A DNA stretch of 64,000 bases from NCBI GenBank assembly GCA_951406725.2, contig OX597817.1:175646001-175710000 (forward strand). The letters are read 5' to 3'. This DNA is from Octopus vulgaris (taxonomy: Eukaryota). The translations under genes and the position numbers were made by a program. The notes beneath the pieces are model-generated. The model had not been told where the DNA came from. It worked only from the letters and a program-made list of their open reading frames with translations, and searched no databases. Of this stretch, positions 43,490 through 55,160 are shown one piece after another (the first letter of the stretch is position 1; every line of letters starts with the position of its first letter).

Positions 43490-43845
43490 TAATCCGAAAA
43501 GAAGAACAAGTCAACATCATCGGTAACCACTGAGCCGCAGGTTTTATGTCGGAGTTATCCCAGTTACCTGAGTTACCTTCTCCTAGAAGGATGCCCTAAC
43601 AAAGGCTAGGAGTCCTTCACCCCCAATGGTTTTACCGCGCGATCGGGTATTCAGTCCGATTATTTCTATGTCCCCGTGCATGATCCAGCCTTAAGACATT
43701 TATTGGATGGCCGTTGACAGGTTTTGTTTTTCATCCCGCAGGGTGTCCAATAAAGACCCTCCTCACGAAACAAGCTTGATGTGCTTGCCGGTTTAGTAGC
43801 CGACGACCCGACCATACAACAGGTTGTACTGGGTTACATGTTACC
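43490..43845 (-). mobile_element. Probable RTE-type LINE 5' region
   Basis: Minus strand GGGCATCCTTCTAGGAGAAGGTAACTC...AAAACCTGCGGC resembles recalled RTE 5' UTR sequence. Confidence 0.4.
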
Positions 43846-43884
43846 AGTAGATACATACATACATACATACATACATACATACAT

Positions 43885-43937
<53 letters not shown>

Positions 43938-43965
43938 TAAATACATACATACATACATACATACA

Positions 43966-43997
<32 letters not shown>

Positions 43998-44004
43998 AAT
44001 ATGT

Positions 44005-44360
44005 ATGAGTCGGTGTTATCTTCGATGATATCCCTACCCCTTCCAGAAACGTAAACAGCGGTTCTGTTGACGCTGTCGAATGCTTTTTGAAAGTATATGA
44101 ACAGCGCAAATATTGGGAGACACCACTCAAAACAAGTCTCCAGTACCGTCTTCAACGTGAGAATTTGTTCAATGCAACTACGGCTGTTTCTAAAGCCAGT
44201 CATATCTATCTTTGCACGTGTGCGATTTAACAGAAGCCTGTTAAAGAGTGTTGTGTCATGATTCATGAGACTTATTTCCCTATAGTTGGACATTTGTCGC
44301 AGATTACCTTCCATTTATGTGGTACTATGGTTGAAGACTTCCATTCATTAGGTCATATGA
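44005..44360 (-). pseudogene. RTE-like LINE reverse transcriptase fragment
   Basis: NYREISLM...GFRNSRSCIEQI...FIYFQKAFDSVNR (RT subdomains 0-3). Confidence 0.85.
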
Positions 44361-44441
44361 CCATAAATGAACTTATTCACGGAAATTTCTCGATGTTATA
44401 AATATAACTAAATGAAAGCAAAATATTAGATATATCATAAA

Positions 44442-44836
44442 CTAGCAGTATCGCCCGGCTTTGCTCGGGTTTATTTCGACCCTTTAGAATTGAAATTTTT
44501 GAAAAGTAATTTTGCATTATGTAGCTTGTTATTCTCTTTAAGTGAATATTTTTCTGGTTGAAATACACCGAAAAATGGCGACACAGCAGTAAAAAAAATC
44601 GTAAAAAATAGGGATTTTCATAGAAAAAAGCACCTTTTTGATGTAAATAATTTTTGGTGTTAACATGGTCCGATTTGAAATTTTCCTTCTACGGAAGGAA
44701 GAGCAAGCCTTCTTCCATCATACTCTCAATTTTGGTCAACTTGCGCCGCAGGGTCTCGGAGGAGATAGTGTTAGTTGAAGGCTACCAAACCTACCACACA
44801 CAGACAACTTCAGCTTTATACATTTAGATATATAGA
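44442..44836 (-). mobile_element. Non-autonomous Helitron
   Basis: Minus strand 5'-TCTATA... and 3' hairpin CCCGAGCAAAGCCGGG followed by CGATACTG-CTAG; A|T insertion site. Confidence 0.8.
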
Positions 44837-45617
44837 TATTGTCAAGTTTATCAGCAACTGACTTTTGCAATCTGGACTCTGTCTTTCGTTCGTGGTCGAT
44901 AAATTAAAGTGCCTATCAAGAACGGAGGTTGAGGGTGTTGACTAATCTCCTCCTATCAAAATTGTTAGTCCTAACCATTCACGCATAAATATTTAAACAA
45001 CATTACCAACGAGAGAAAACTCTCAAAAGAACATCAGGCTTTCCATCCAGAAAGCTGTTACATTTAATGTAAGGCAAAATAATTTATAGCTTTAAACTTA
45101 TTCTTATTTATTCAATTATTTATTCATTTGTCTATTTATCTAACAGTTATTCGTCTATCTTTCAAATTTAAGAATTAGATATTACAAATATATTTCGTCA
45201 GGGAAACTATTTACAACGTTATGTTACATGTCAAATCGATTCCATTGTAAAAGTGAACGCCGTTTCTGCACCATTTGAGAATGACATACATTTAATTTGT
45301 AACAGCTAAACAGTTATGGCAACTGTAGTTTTATTTTCCTTTCGTAATAACCTTTATGTTGCTATCGAGTATTCAAATTTATCGGCTTGACAGCGTTCTT
45401 CTGTGCTGGAGAGCACAAATATATACACGAGTGTTATTTTGCTTTTGAATGCATAAAAGTTATATATATACAGGCACAGACACAAATACACACATGCACG
45501 CACACGCACGCACACGCATATACATTCACACCCTCACGTACCCATATAAGCAGACATAGATATATGTACATTTAAATTTAAATGGATCTATAAGTAATTA
45601 CACATCAATTCTTTCAT

Positions 45618-45680
<63 letters not shown>

Positions 45681-46008
45681 TGTATATATGTGTGTGTGTG
45701 TATGAGTGAGTATGAATGTGCGTCTGTATGTATATATGTACTTATATATGTATGTAGATGTTGGTGTGTTTACATCCCTGTACCTTAGTGGTTTGGCAAA
45801 ACAGACCAATAGTATAAGTTTCTAGGCTTACAAAGAATAAGTCCTGGGTGGATTTGTTCAACTAAAGGCGGTGCTCCAGCATGGCTGCAGTCAAATGACC
45901 CAAACAAGTAATATTTATAGACTACCATATTAGTATGGCGATAACTATTAATATCCAGTAACGCTGCCGTAATCTCCTTTAGAGAGACTTAGTAATTTTA
46001 ATATTTCT

Positions 46009-46059
<51 letters not shown>

Positions 46060-46127
46060 ATATATATGTGTGTGTGTGTGCGTGCATATATGTGTGTATG
46101 TATGTTTGTATATATGTATGCATGCAT

Positions 46128-46548
46128 GTCATTATTCAGTTTTCAAAATTTCTTGCCAATAATGGAAGAACCGGTTTCTAACCTAAATGCAAAGCTCCTT
46201 CATTGGAATTTCAACGTGTATGCATGCATGCATGTATGTATGTATGTATGTATGTATGTATGTATGTATGTATGTATGTATGTATGTATGTATGTACGTA
46301 CGTACGCATGTATGCATGTATGTGCAAATTTGTATGTTTTATGTATGTATTCTCATGCATATAGCTACATATCTAGACATACTCATATATATTTAAATGA
46401 TAAACTCCTAGAAGGTTTTACAGATTTGTACAGTTCCAGTGATGGATTGGATCTGTAGTCTTCGAATTAGCTTTCTCTTTTCTGGTTTTGAGAAGCCTAA
46501 TTTCTCAAGATTGGTATTTAGGCAGTTTGTTACATACCCAGGTCCCAA
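46128..46548 (-). mobile_element. 3' end of an RLE-type (R4/Dong-like) LINE associated with (CATA)n
   Basis: Minus frame GYVTNCLNTNLEKLGFSKPEKRKLIRRLQIQSITGTVQICKTF resembles an RLE C-terminus; its terminal ~90 bp recurs in plus orientation at 58815-58915 next to (CATA)n. Confidence 0.55.
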
Positions 46549-46865
46549 TGTATGTATGTGTGTATGAATGTATGTCTATATGTATGTGTGTGTGTGTGTG
46601 TATGTATGTACATATTGGTATCAGATTTCGGCTCCATGTCAGCAATTTTGGGGAGGAGTGTAGTCGATTACCTCGACTCCAATATTCAGGTGTTCCAGAA
46701 TCATGATAGGACCTTATGGAGGAGGTGCCTGAGGAATCTACCCACATGATACTCCCAGGCGTAGTGGGCGGAGGAGATGGATGCGTATATGAATGTATGT
46801 GTGTGTGTGTTGTGCTTATATATAATGTGTGTGTGCATATATATAATGTGTGTGTGTGTTTGTTT

Positions 46866-47196
46866 GAAAGCGCATGGTTCAGTGGTTAGAGCGTTGGGCT
46901 TAAAATAGTGAGGTTGTGAGCTCGATTCCCGGACCGGGCTGTGTGTTGCATTCTTGCGCAAGACACTATTTCACGCTGATCTAGTTTACTCAGCTGTAGG
47001 AAATGAGTTGCGATGTCACTGGTGCCAAGCTGTATTGTTCTTTGGCTTTCTCTTGGAAAACATCGATAGCGTGGAGAGGGAAGGCTGTTATGCATGGATG
47101 ACTGCGGGTCTTCTACAAACAACCTTGCCCAGACTTGTGCCTCAGAGATGAACTTTCTAGGTGCAATCCCGTACTCATTCGTGACCTAAGGGGTCT
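46866..47196 (+). mobile_element. tRNA-derived SINE (family D-related head)
   Basis: GCGCATGGTTCAGTGGTTAGAGCG...GCTCGATTCCCGGACCGGG. Confidence 0.7.
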
Positions 47197-47210
47197 TATA
47201 TATATATATA

Positions 47211-47287
<77 letters not shown>

Positions 47288-47357
47288 TTAGGGAATAAAT
47301 CCAAATTTACAGGGAAAAATCAGATTTAGGATTAAATCCAATTTTATAGTAAAATAT

Positions 47358-47529
47358 TATATAATATTAATTCAAGACAAAACCACTATTTTGCAAAACA
47401 AACAAGGAAAGACTTAATCAATACATAAAAATTTTTAATATAAAGAAATATTTCTTTATATTAAAAATTTTTATGTATTGATTAAGTCTTTCCTTGTTTG
47501 TTTTGCATAATAGTGGTTTTGTCTCGAAT

Positions 47530-47540
<11 letters not shown>
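47358..47540. repeat. Spacer-less AT-rich palindrome (~180 bp)
   Basis: Centre between 47449 and 47450 (AAAGAAAT|ATTTCTTT); arms differ at about 3 positions. Confidence 0.92.
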
Positions 47541-47580
<40 letters not shown>

Positions 47581-47593
47581 CATATATATATGC

Positions 47594-47633
<40 letters not shown>

Positions 47634-47726
47634 AAGCTGGCGGTGGAAATAGCACAGAAGTAAGTCTAAGACATTTTCAATTTAAAAGAGAATTTGATAA
47701 AAATGATTTCAAAAATTATATCAAAA

Positions 47727-47766
47727 AATATTAATGCTTTCGATGTATCTCATCTTATCAAATATC
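47727..47766 (-). ncRNA. Degenerate minimal hammerhead motif
   Basis: Minus GATAT-TTGATAA-GATG(AGATA)CATC-GAAA-GCATTA-ATATT; helices retained, core mutated. Confidence 0.4.
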
Positions 47767-48095
47767 AGTAAAGATTGAGAAAAATCTGAAGTAGGAACAG
47801 TTTATCTTCTGTCTATGGCTCAAGAACATATATGTATGCATTCACGTGTATATATATATATATGTACACATATATAACGAACTGACTACTTCCAGTCATT
47901 CACCATGCCGTGGCAGTTGGACACTCATGCCATTCAGTTTTCCTTCTCTCTGCTATGCTCTACATGCGTCTCCTATCTTTCGGAAGAAGTGTGAATGCTC
48001 GAGCGTTAGACACGTTTCCTTTCTCCTTCCCATTTCATGGGTGTCAAACTAATATTAACTTTGTATTTATTTTTCTACTTTGACTTTATATTGTA

Positions 48096-48491
48096 CTAGC
48101 AGTATCGCCCGGCGTTGCTCGGGTTTGTAAGGGAAATAACTATATAAGCATTTTAAGAGAGATATAGCCAAAAAATAGCAAATAAATGCATTAAAAATGG
48201 AAAAAAAATGATGGTAAATTTTTTTTTAAATCGTTGACTCATCGTAGACACTTTTAGAGAGTTACTTCCCTTATATAATAGCGAAAAAATGCATTAAAAT
48301 GGAAAAAATGATGGTACATTTTTTAAAAATCGTAAACTCATCGTAGACGCGCGCTAATACCCAGAAGGGCTCGATATGAATCACGACTATAAGATACCCG
48401 CTTTTGGTTACACTGCACCGCAAAATGTGGGAGTAGTTAGGAATCTAAATCGTAGGAGACAGACACACAACCTCACTTTTATATATAAAGA
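48096..48491 (-). mobile_element. Non-autonomous Helitron
   Basis: Minus 5'-TCTTTATATATAAAAG...CCCGAGCAACGCCGGG-CGATACTG-CTAG-3'; internal ~55-bp duplication AAATGCATTAAAATGGAAAAAATGATGGTA. Confidence 0.85.
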
Positions 48492-48529
48492 TCTTTCGTA
48501 AAGTTTGTACTGTATATAAACACACACGC

Positions 48530-48580
48530 ACACTAATAGTTTCATATGTTGAGAAATACTCAAACATATTCTTCAGGCGC
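48530..48580 (-). ncRNA. Type I hammerhead ribozyme 3' of a PLE endonuclease remnant
   Basis: Minus GCGC-CTGAAGA-ATATGTTTGAG(TATTT)CTCAACATAT-GAAA-CTATTA-GTGT; 10-bp helix II. Confidence 0.72.
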
Positions 48581-48771
48581 AAACACATATAACGCACTAA
48601 TAACGAAATTGAATAATAGAAGAAATGCGTAAAAAACCGAGAAGGCAACGTATAGAAAATGCCGGAAGTAAAAAACGGAAAATGAAAACAAAAGCTAAAA
48701 TATAAAAAATAAGAACTGAAAAGGTAAAAGAGCTGATTCTATTTAAAGGACAAGGCTGGAAAGACATCAAG

Positions 48772-49035
48772 TTAGTCAGGAATAGGCGGAATTTTCCAAT
48801 TCTTCAAATTATATTTATACATAAGCTTGCAACCACTGAAAATGTCTAAACAAGAGTTCAATAGAGAGTTAAGAATTTTAGATCTGAACAAGATCTGCGC
48901 TTTTTCAGTTAAACAAAGCCTACATGTGTTCGTTCCGATCACATAGGGTATGAAATCCTCAATTACCTTCCATTTAATCATATGTGGTGTTTCGTTATTT
49001 TTCAAAGTCCATACGCAGCTAGTACGAGTGCATGG
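48772..49035 (-). pseudogene. Penelope-like GIY-YIG C-terminal remnant (Naiad-like)
   Basis: VWTLK...IKWKVI...Y...TCRLCLTEK..I...LLNS...C: CxLCxxEK...LN signature. Confidence 0.75.
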
Positions 49036-49223
49036 AATATGAACTGTTTTTTCGAACAACGAAAGACACAAATAGAATACAAGACAAACAACATAAAGAA
49101 CGACTCTTCATCAGTTGTTGGCTCTTTTTCTACTCTCGTATTTCGAGCATTTAACAACAACATACGCTTTCGATAAAACGGTTTCTCCCGCTAAGCAAAT
49201 TAAATAAAAATTGGGATTTTTAG

Positions 49224-49298
<75 letters not shown>

Positions 49299-49387
49299 CA
49301 GATAGATAGATAGATAGATAGGGATGATGTGAGGACACGTGTATGCATGTATGCATGCATGCATGTATGTATGTATGTATGTATTTA

Positions 49388-50556
49388 TGAATAAATGACT
49401 TGCCCGACGACCTCACGCAACACACCCTTCTATTTGCCGACGATATCAAACTGGTCGCTCCTCGCGGTAATATATATTTCTTTACTACCCACAAGGGGCT
49501 AAACACAGAGGGGACAAACAAGGACAGACATAGGTATTAAGTCGATTACATCGACCCCAGTGCGTAACTGGTACTTTATTTATCGACCCCGAAAGGATGA
49601 AAGGCAAAGTCGACCTCGGCGGAATTTGAACTCAGAACGTAGCGGCAGACGAAATACCGCTAAGCATTTCGCCCGGCGCGCTAACGTTTCTGCCAGCTCG
49701 CGGTAATATAGAGGATCTTCGTCGATGCCTCCACCAAATTTGGAAGTGGTCTAACGATTGTGACCTGTGTCTGAACGTGTCAAAGTGCTGTCATCTGCCT
49801 GTCGGCTCTACTCCTGCAACTCAACTTGATTTCGAGCCGGGTCGTCTGCTGCTGGAGAGGACCGATCAGGTAAAGGACCTGGGTATCTTGGTGGATTCCT
49901 CCTTTTCGCCTTCGGCCCAGTGCGTCCATGCTGCCAACAAAGCACGCGGAATTCTGTTTTTGATTCGACGGTCATTCGGAATGCTCACAGCAACCATATT
50001 CCTACCACTCTATGTCACGCTGGTGAGACCCATATTGGAGTATGGGATTCAAGCCTCTTCTCCTTATCTCCTCAAAGACATACAGCATCTCGAAAGAGTC
50101 CAGAAGCTGGCTACCCGCATGGTTCATGGTCTATAAATTTGTCCTACGAAGAAAGGCTGAGGACGCTCGACCTTTATTCTCTTGAAAAACGCCGCCGCCG
50201 TGGTGATCTCATTCTCGCCCACAACATTATAAGCGGAAAGTGTAACCTCTCGAAAGAGCTGTTCTTCACTCCTGCTCCAGAGCGTCGGCTGCGGGGTCAT
50301 TCCGAAAAGCTCTACCTGCGACGATTTCATCTCAATCGAAGGAGAGGAGCTTTCTCCGTCCGGGTTGCGGATCCGTGGAACAAGCTGCCAGACGAGATGG
50401 TGAAGATGCCGACGACCGCTTTGTTCAAAGCCTCCCTGGACCTCAAGTGGCCTGAACTCCTTACATGAACACCACCCTGTACTTAACTCCATGTCCCCCT
50501 ACATGGCCTTGCTATTTGCTTTTGAGCCAAATTAACTAACTAACTAACTAACTAAA
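49388..50556 (+). mobile_element. 5'-truncated CR1-group LINE (RT C-terminal part) with (CTAA)n tail, interrupted by a SINE
   Basis: INDLPDDLTQHTLLFADDIKL, VKDLGILVD, LYVTLVRPILEY, LERVQKLATR, LSYEERLRTLDLYSLEKRRRRGDLI, FSVRVADPWNKLP; frameshift near 50135. Confidence 0.92.
49473..49701 (-). mobile_element. Young family B SINE inserted in the CR1 LINE
   Basis: Full A/B-box head and core; flanking direct repeat (CT)CGCGGTAATATA on both sides. Confidence 0.9.
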
Positions 50557-51337
50557 TGTGTGTATGTTTGTGTTTGTCCCTATCACCGCTTGACAACCGA
50601 TGTTGGCTTATTTATGTCTTTGTATGCTCGTGACTAGGCAAAAAGAGATTGAATAAATAAGTACCTGACTTAAAAATAAGTTATAGGGTCGATTTGTTCG
50701 ACTAAACCCTTCTAAATGGTGTCCCGGGATGGCTGCAGTCCAATAACCGAAACAAGTAAAAGATAAAACATAAAAACAAGATATCACATAGTTATGTGAT
50801 AATATTTATTACAAACAGTTATGTGTATGCGATATTGTGGGGAGGTGAAAGAGAGAGAAGAGAGACAGAGGGCGAGGAAAAAAAGAGACAGGGGGGAAGG
50901 AGAGAAAGAGAAAATATGCTTACTAAATATTTATGTTAAGAAATGAACCGCAAAGTTAGCTTTTACGGTTCGCGTTTACCTGCATCTACCGTACCGTCCA
51001 TGATTTGAAGCGATCTCCTACCTGCAGCTTTAGTTTGAGGCGATTAAAAGCTGTGGTATGTTGAACCATTCGGCCGAGTTATACGGCCAAGTAAATGGAT
51101 ATCATTACCTATAGAACCCAGTAGGGGAGCTGTCATGGTCAGTTTTAAATTTCAGTCAGACTGAGAGCTCTCTGGAGAAAAATTTCCGCTCTTAAGAACA
51201 TGATGACTGTCGGAATGTATCGGAATGCATCAGCTTAGTAAAATAAGAATGCATAAACATAATTCACCGCACGTACGCACGCGCACACACACAACACACA
51301 CACACACACATACACACACACACACACACTTATTTGT

Positions 51338-51389
<52 letters not shown>

Positions 51390-51743
51390 AGTAAATGAGT
51401 ATCTAAAGTAAAACAACCTGAATTATTTAGGCATGTCAAGTATAAAAAATAAATCAAACTAGATCTGTCAAACTAAGGCACTTAAAAATAATTACGCAAC
51501 CCCACCACACGCATACATGCACACAAGTATACATATAAATGTATGTCTGTATTTCACCATATACGTACATACAAACGTACATACATTCATTTATTCATAC
51601 ATACATACACATAGATGTGTGTATTCGTGCGTGTTTGTGATTGCTCGTGCATGTAGATATACATATGAGCATGCATAGGTACATATTCGATATATGCGTA
51701 TATGTGTACACACACTCACACACACACACATATATACAGAAAG

Positions 51744-51980
<237 letters not shown>

Positions 51981-52685
51981 GGGTAGAGGGAAAGAGGGAG
52001 AGAAGGAGCATCCATCTTCCTATTCTCCATTCATTCATTTATTTAATTATTTCTTCCTTTACCATTTTATTGGATGGGTTTAAGGGTGGTGACCACTAAA
52101 AAAAAAAAGCAGGTGTGATTTGGTCATCACTGAAAGTCTTTTTTGCTTTCTTTCTATCTCTCTTCTTTTTTTCTTTTCATTTTTCCCCTTCTTTTCTTTT
52201 TTTCCTTTTTCCTTCCTTTTCCCACCTTTCTTTCTTTTTCTCCTCGTTGAGTTATATTTGGAATATACCCCCTCCAAACATTCATTTTTGGAGGGAATTT
52301 TTTGATAAAGTGTAGTTCTGAAGGAAAATACTATTTGCAAATTAACAATTTGAAAAATCAATCAGTAAATAAAATAAAATAAATATATATACACATACAT
52401 ACATATATATATATACGTAAAGCTAGAACATACCGATGCTACACTTAGATATGACTGAACATTTGTAGAGATGAGCCACATTTGGAATAAAGAATTCAAA
52501 TTCTCCACTTTACCCTCAAACATTCAATTTTAAGGAGGATTCCTTGATGAAGTGTGTGTTGTGTGTGTGTGTGTGTATGGTTGGGAATATGTCCATGTTT
52601 ATACTGTGTAACTTCGATCACGCCTCTTTCAATTCCATGATTTTGCACTAGAGAACATTCGTATAACACTGCCTCTGCTTTCCTT

Positions 52686-53240
52686 TCAAACATTCAACTT
52701 TGGAGAGAATTTTTTGATGAAATGTAATTCCATTGCTTTTCGGTATTTCGGATAGTCCCGTGCACATTTGTAAAAGGGAAAAATTTCGAATTATCCGTCG
52801 CTGCATATTTCCAGATGCTTACTTAATGGAATCTTGCATAATTCCTCTTGTCGGATATGTTGCCTGTGGATTCTTGCACGTTGGCAGAGGGAATTATCTG
52901 TTTCACCAATGTAATTTTCTTTGACGTTATGGCAGGTAACGCAGTATATGAGGTTTAGCGTTTTGCAGTTCATATCAGCATTTATTTTGAAAAGGGATCC
53001 ACTCTTGAATTTTGTGTGGGAATCACTTTCCAAGTATATGAAGTGGTTGATATTGTTGCAAGTTCCACATCTCGACATTCTTTTACTAAGAATTCTGATT
53101 CATTCTCTGATTTGAATTCTGCCCTTGTGATGTGATTTTTAAGAGTTTTTGGTTAGCGTCTGCTATTCTGTAAGGTTTTTTTTATTTCTGAGTTTTCACT
53201 TTGGAGCTTTGTAGGAGTATAGGTAAGTTCGATTTTTTCC
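52686..53240 (-). pseudogene. Penelope-like element GIY-YIG endonuclease remnant
   Basis: CGTC...NCKTLNLIYCVTC...NYIGET...L.QR...H...LSKH and terminal ELHFIKKFSPKLNV*. Confidence 0.88.
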
Positions 53241-53324
53241 CTCAATATTCAATTTTGTACATCACACCTAACACTCTATACACACACACACACACACACA
53301 CATGTATATATATATATATATATA

Positions 53325-53431
<107 letters not shown>

Positions 53432-54023
53432 TTGTCTTTGTGTCTGTGATTGACCCCCACCATCACTTTTCAACCGACGTTGGTGTATTTATGTTACCGA
53501 AACTTAGCGGTTCGGCACAAGAGCTCAATCGAATAAGTACTACGCTTACAAAGAATATATAATATATATATATATATATCGCTGATGTAATAAGAATTTT
53601 ACAAACTTTTGAGCGAACGTAAGTTAATTCGATTTTTTTTGTTTTTCTTTGAATAGTAGACTGCGAAACACACACTTAAAACTATAAGTAATGCCATGTA
53701 AATATTGTCTTTTGAAAATGTGGGTTCGAGCCCCACGTGCAGCCTTCGACATTTTTCTATCCAAAAAGGCTTTTCCACCCTCCGAGCGCTTCGCAGGCCG
53801 TCGTATGGCAGCGCGCGGTTTCATATAGAGCACCCGAGGCGTAGTGGGCGCAAACAACAGGGCTCGAAACCCGGGATGCCGTGGAGCGACACGGCTTCGC
53901 AGTGATTGCAGAGCAACCCGAGATGAAATGTTTTGTCCAAGAATACAACGCACTACCCGGTCTAAGAATATGAAATCATGATCTAGGGATCGGGTGTGCA
54001 ACACCCTAACCACTAAGGCATGC

Positions 54024-54064
<41 letters not shown>

Positions 54065-54071
54065 ATATATA

Positions 54072-55160
54072 CAGGGTGTCCATAAAGTCTCTTTACAATT
54101 TAAAAATATGATTACAAAGGCAGTTGATGAAATATTTTAACCAGATTTGTTTTATTGTAATAATTGTTTATTAAAGTTTTTATTGATATTAAAATTTTGT
54201 GTTTCACATACTCTGTTGATGGAAAGGAACTGATTCGCTGAACCCCTATAAAATGAGGATGAAGCATTATTCCTCAAGCGAGTTTGTTTTAGTGACGAGG
54301 CGACTTTCATGTTTCAGGGAAATTAAACAGACACAATGTGAGAATCTGGGCACCAGAACATCCCCATGGGACTAGGAAGCTTCAACGGGATAGTCCAAAA
54401 GGGAATGTGTGGTGTGGAATCATGTGCAATCGAATAATTGGTCCATTTTTCTTCAACGAGGCAACAATTACTGCAGATGTTTACCTCGACCTTCTGACCG
54501 AATATGTGGCACCACAACTGATTGATTTACAACCAACCATCATTTTCCTGCAAGATGGTGCACCACCACATTGGGGATGGCATGTTCGCCAGTTCCTCAA
54601 TCAAACATTTCCAGACCGATGGATTGGAAGGGATGGGCCAATTCCATGGCCACCGCGTTCGCCAGATATCACTCACTTGGACTTCTTTTTATGGGGTTAT
54701 GTAAAAGATATCGTGTATCAAACAAAGATACGGGATAGTGCTGACTTGAAGCAGAGGATTTTAACCACTATATAAACTCGACAAATACACCAGTTAATTC
54801 TATGCTGGAGTCCCTAATTTGCATACCTTAACCACTATATAAACTCGACAAATACACCAGTTAATTCTCTGCTGGAGTCCCTAATTTGCATACCAAAAAA
54901 TTTTAACCACTATATAATCCCAACAAATACACCAGTTAATTCTAGTTGATGAGGCTATCCTACAGCGAACATAGCAAGAAATCGAGTACCATCTTGATGT
55001 GCTTCGTGCTACTAATGGTACCCATATTGAGGTCTATTAAATAACAGTTAAAAATCTTTAATAAGCAATTATTACAATAAAATAAATCTGGTTAAGATAT
55101 CTTGTCAACTGCCTTCGTAATAAAATCTTAAAATTGTAGAGAGACTTTATGGACACCCTG
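54072..55160 (+). mobile_element. Tc1/mariner element of DD41D (rosa) type, deleted and interrupted
   Basis: TIRs TA|CAGGGTGTCCATAAAGTCTCT and AGAGACTTTATGGACACCCTG|TA; FSDEATF, QDGAPPH-(41 aa from D to D)-WPPRSPDITHLDFFLWGYVK. Confidence 0.92.
54761..54944. repeat. ~67-bp tandem repeat x2.6 inserted in the transposase
   Basis: TTAACCACTATATAAACTCGACAAATACACCAGTTAATTCT.TGCTGGAGTCCCTAATTTGCATACC at 54761, 54828 and 54903 (partial). Confidence 0.9.
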
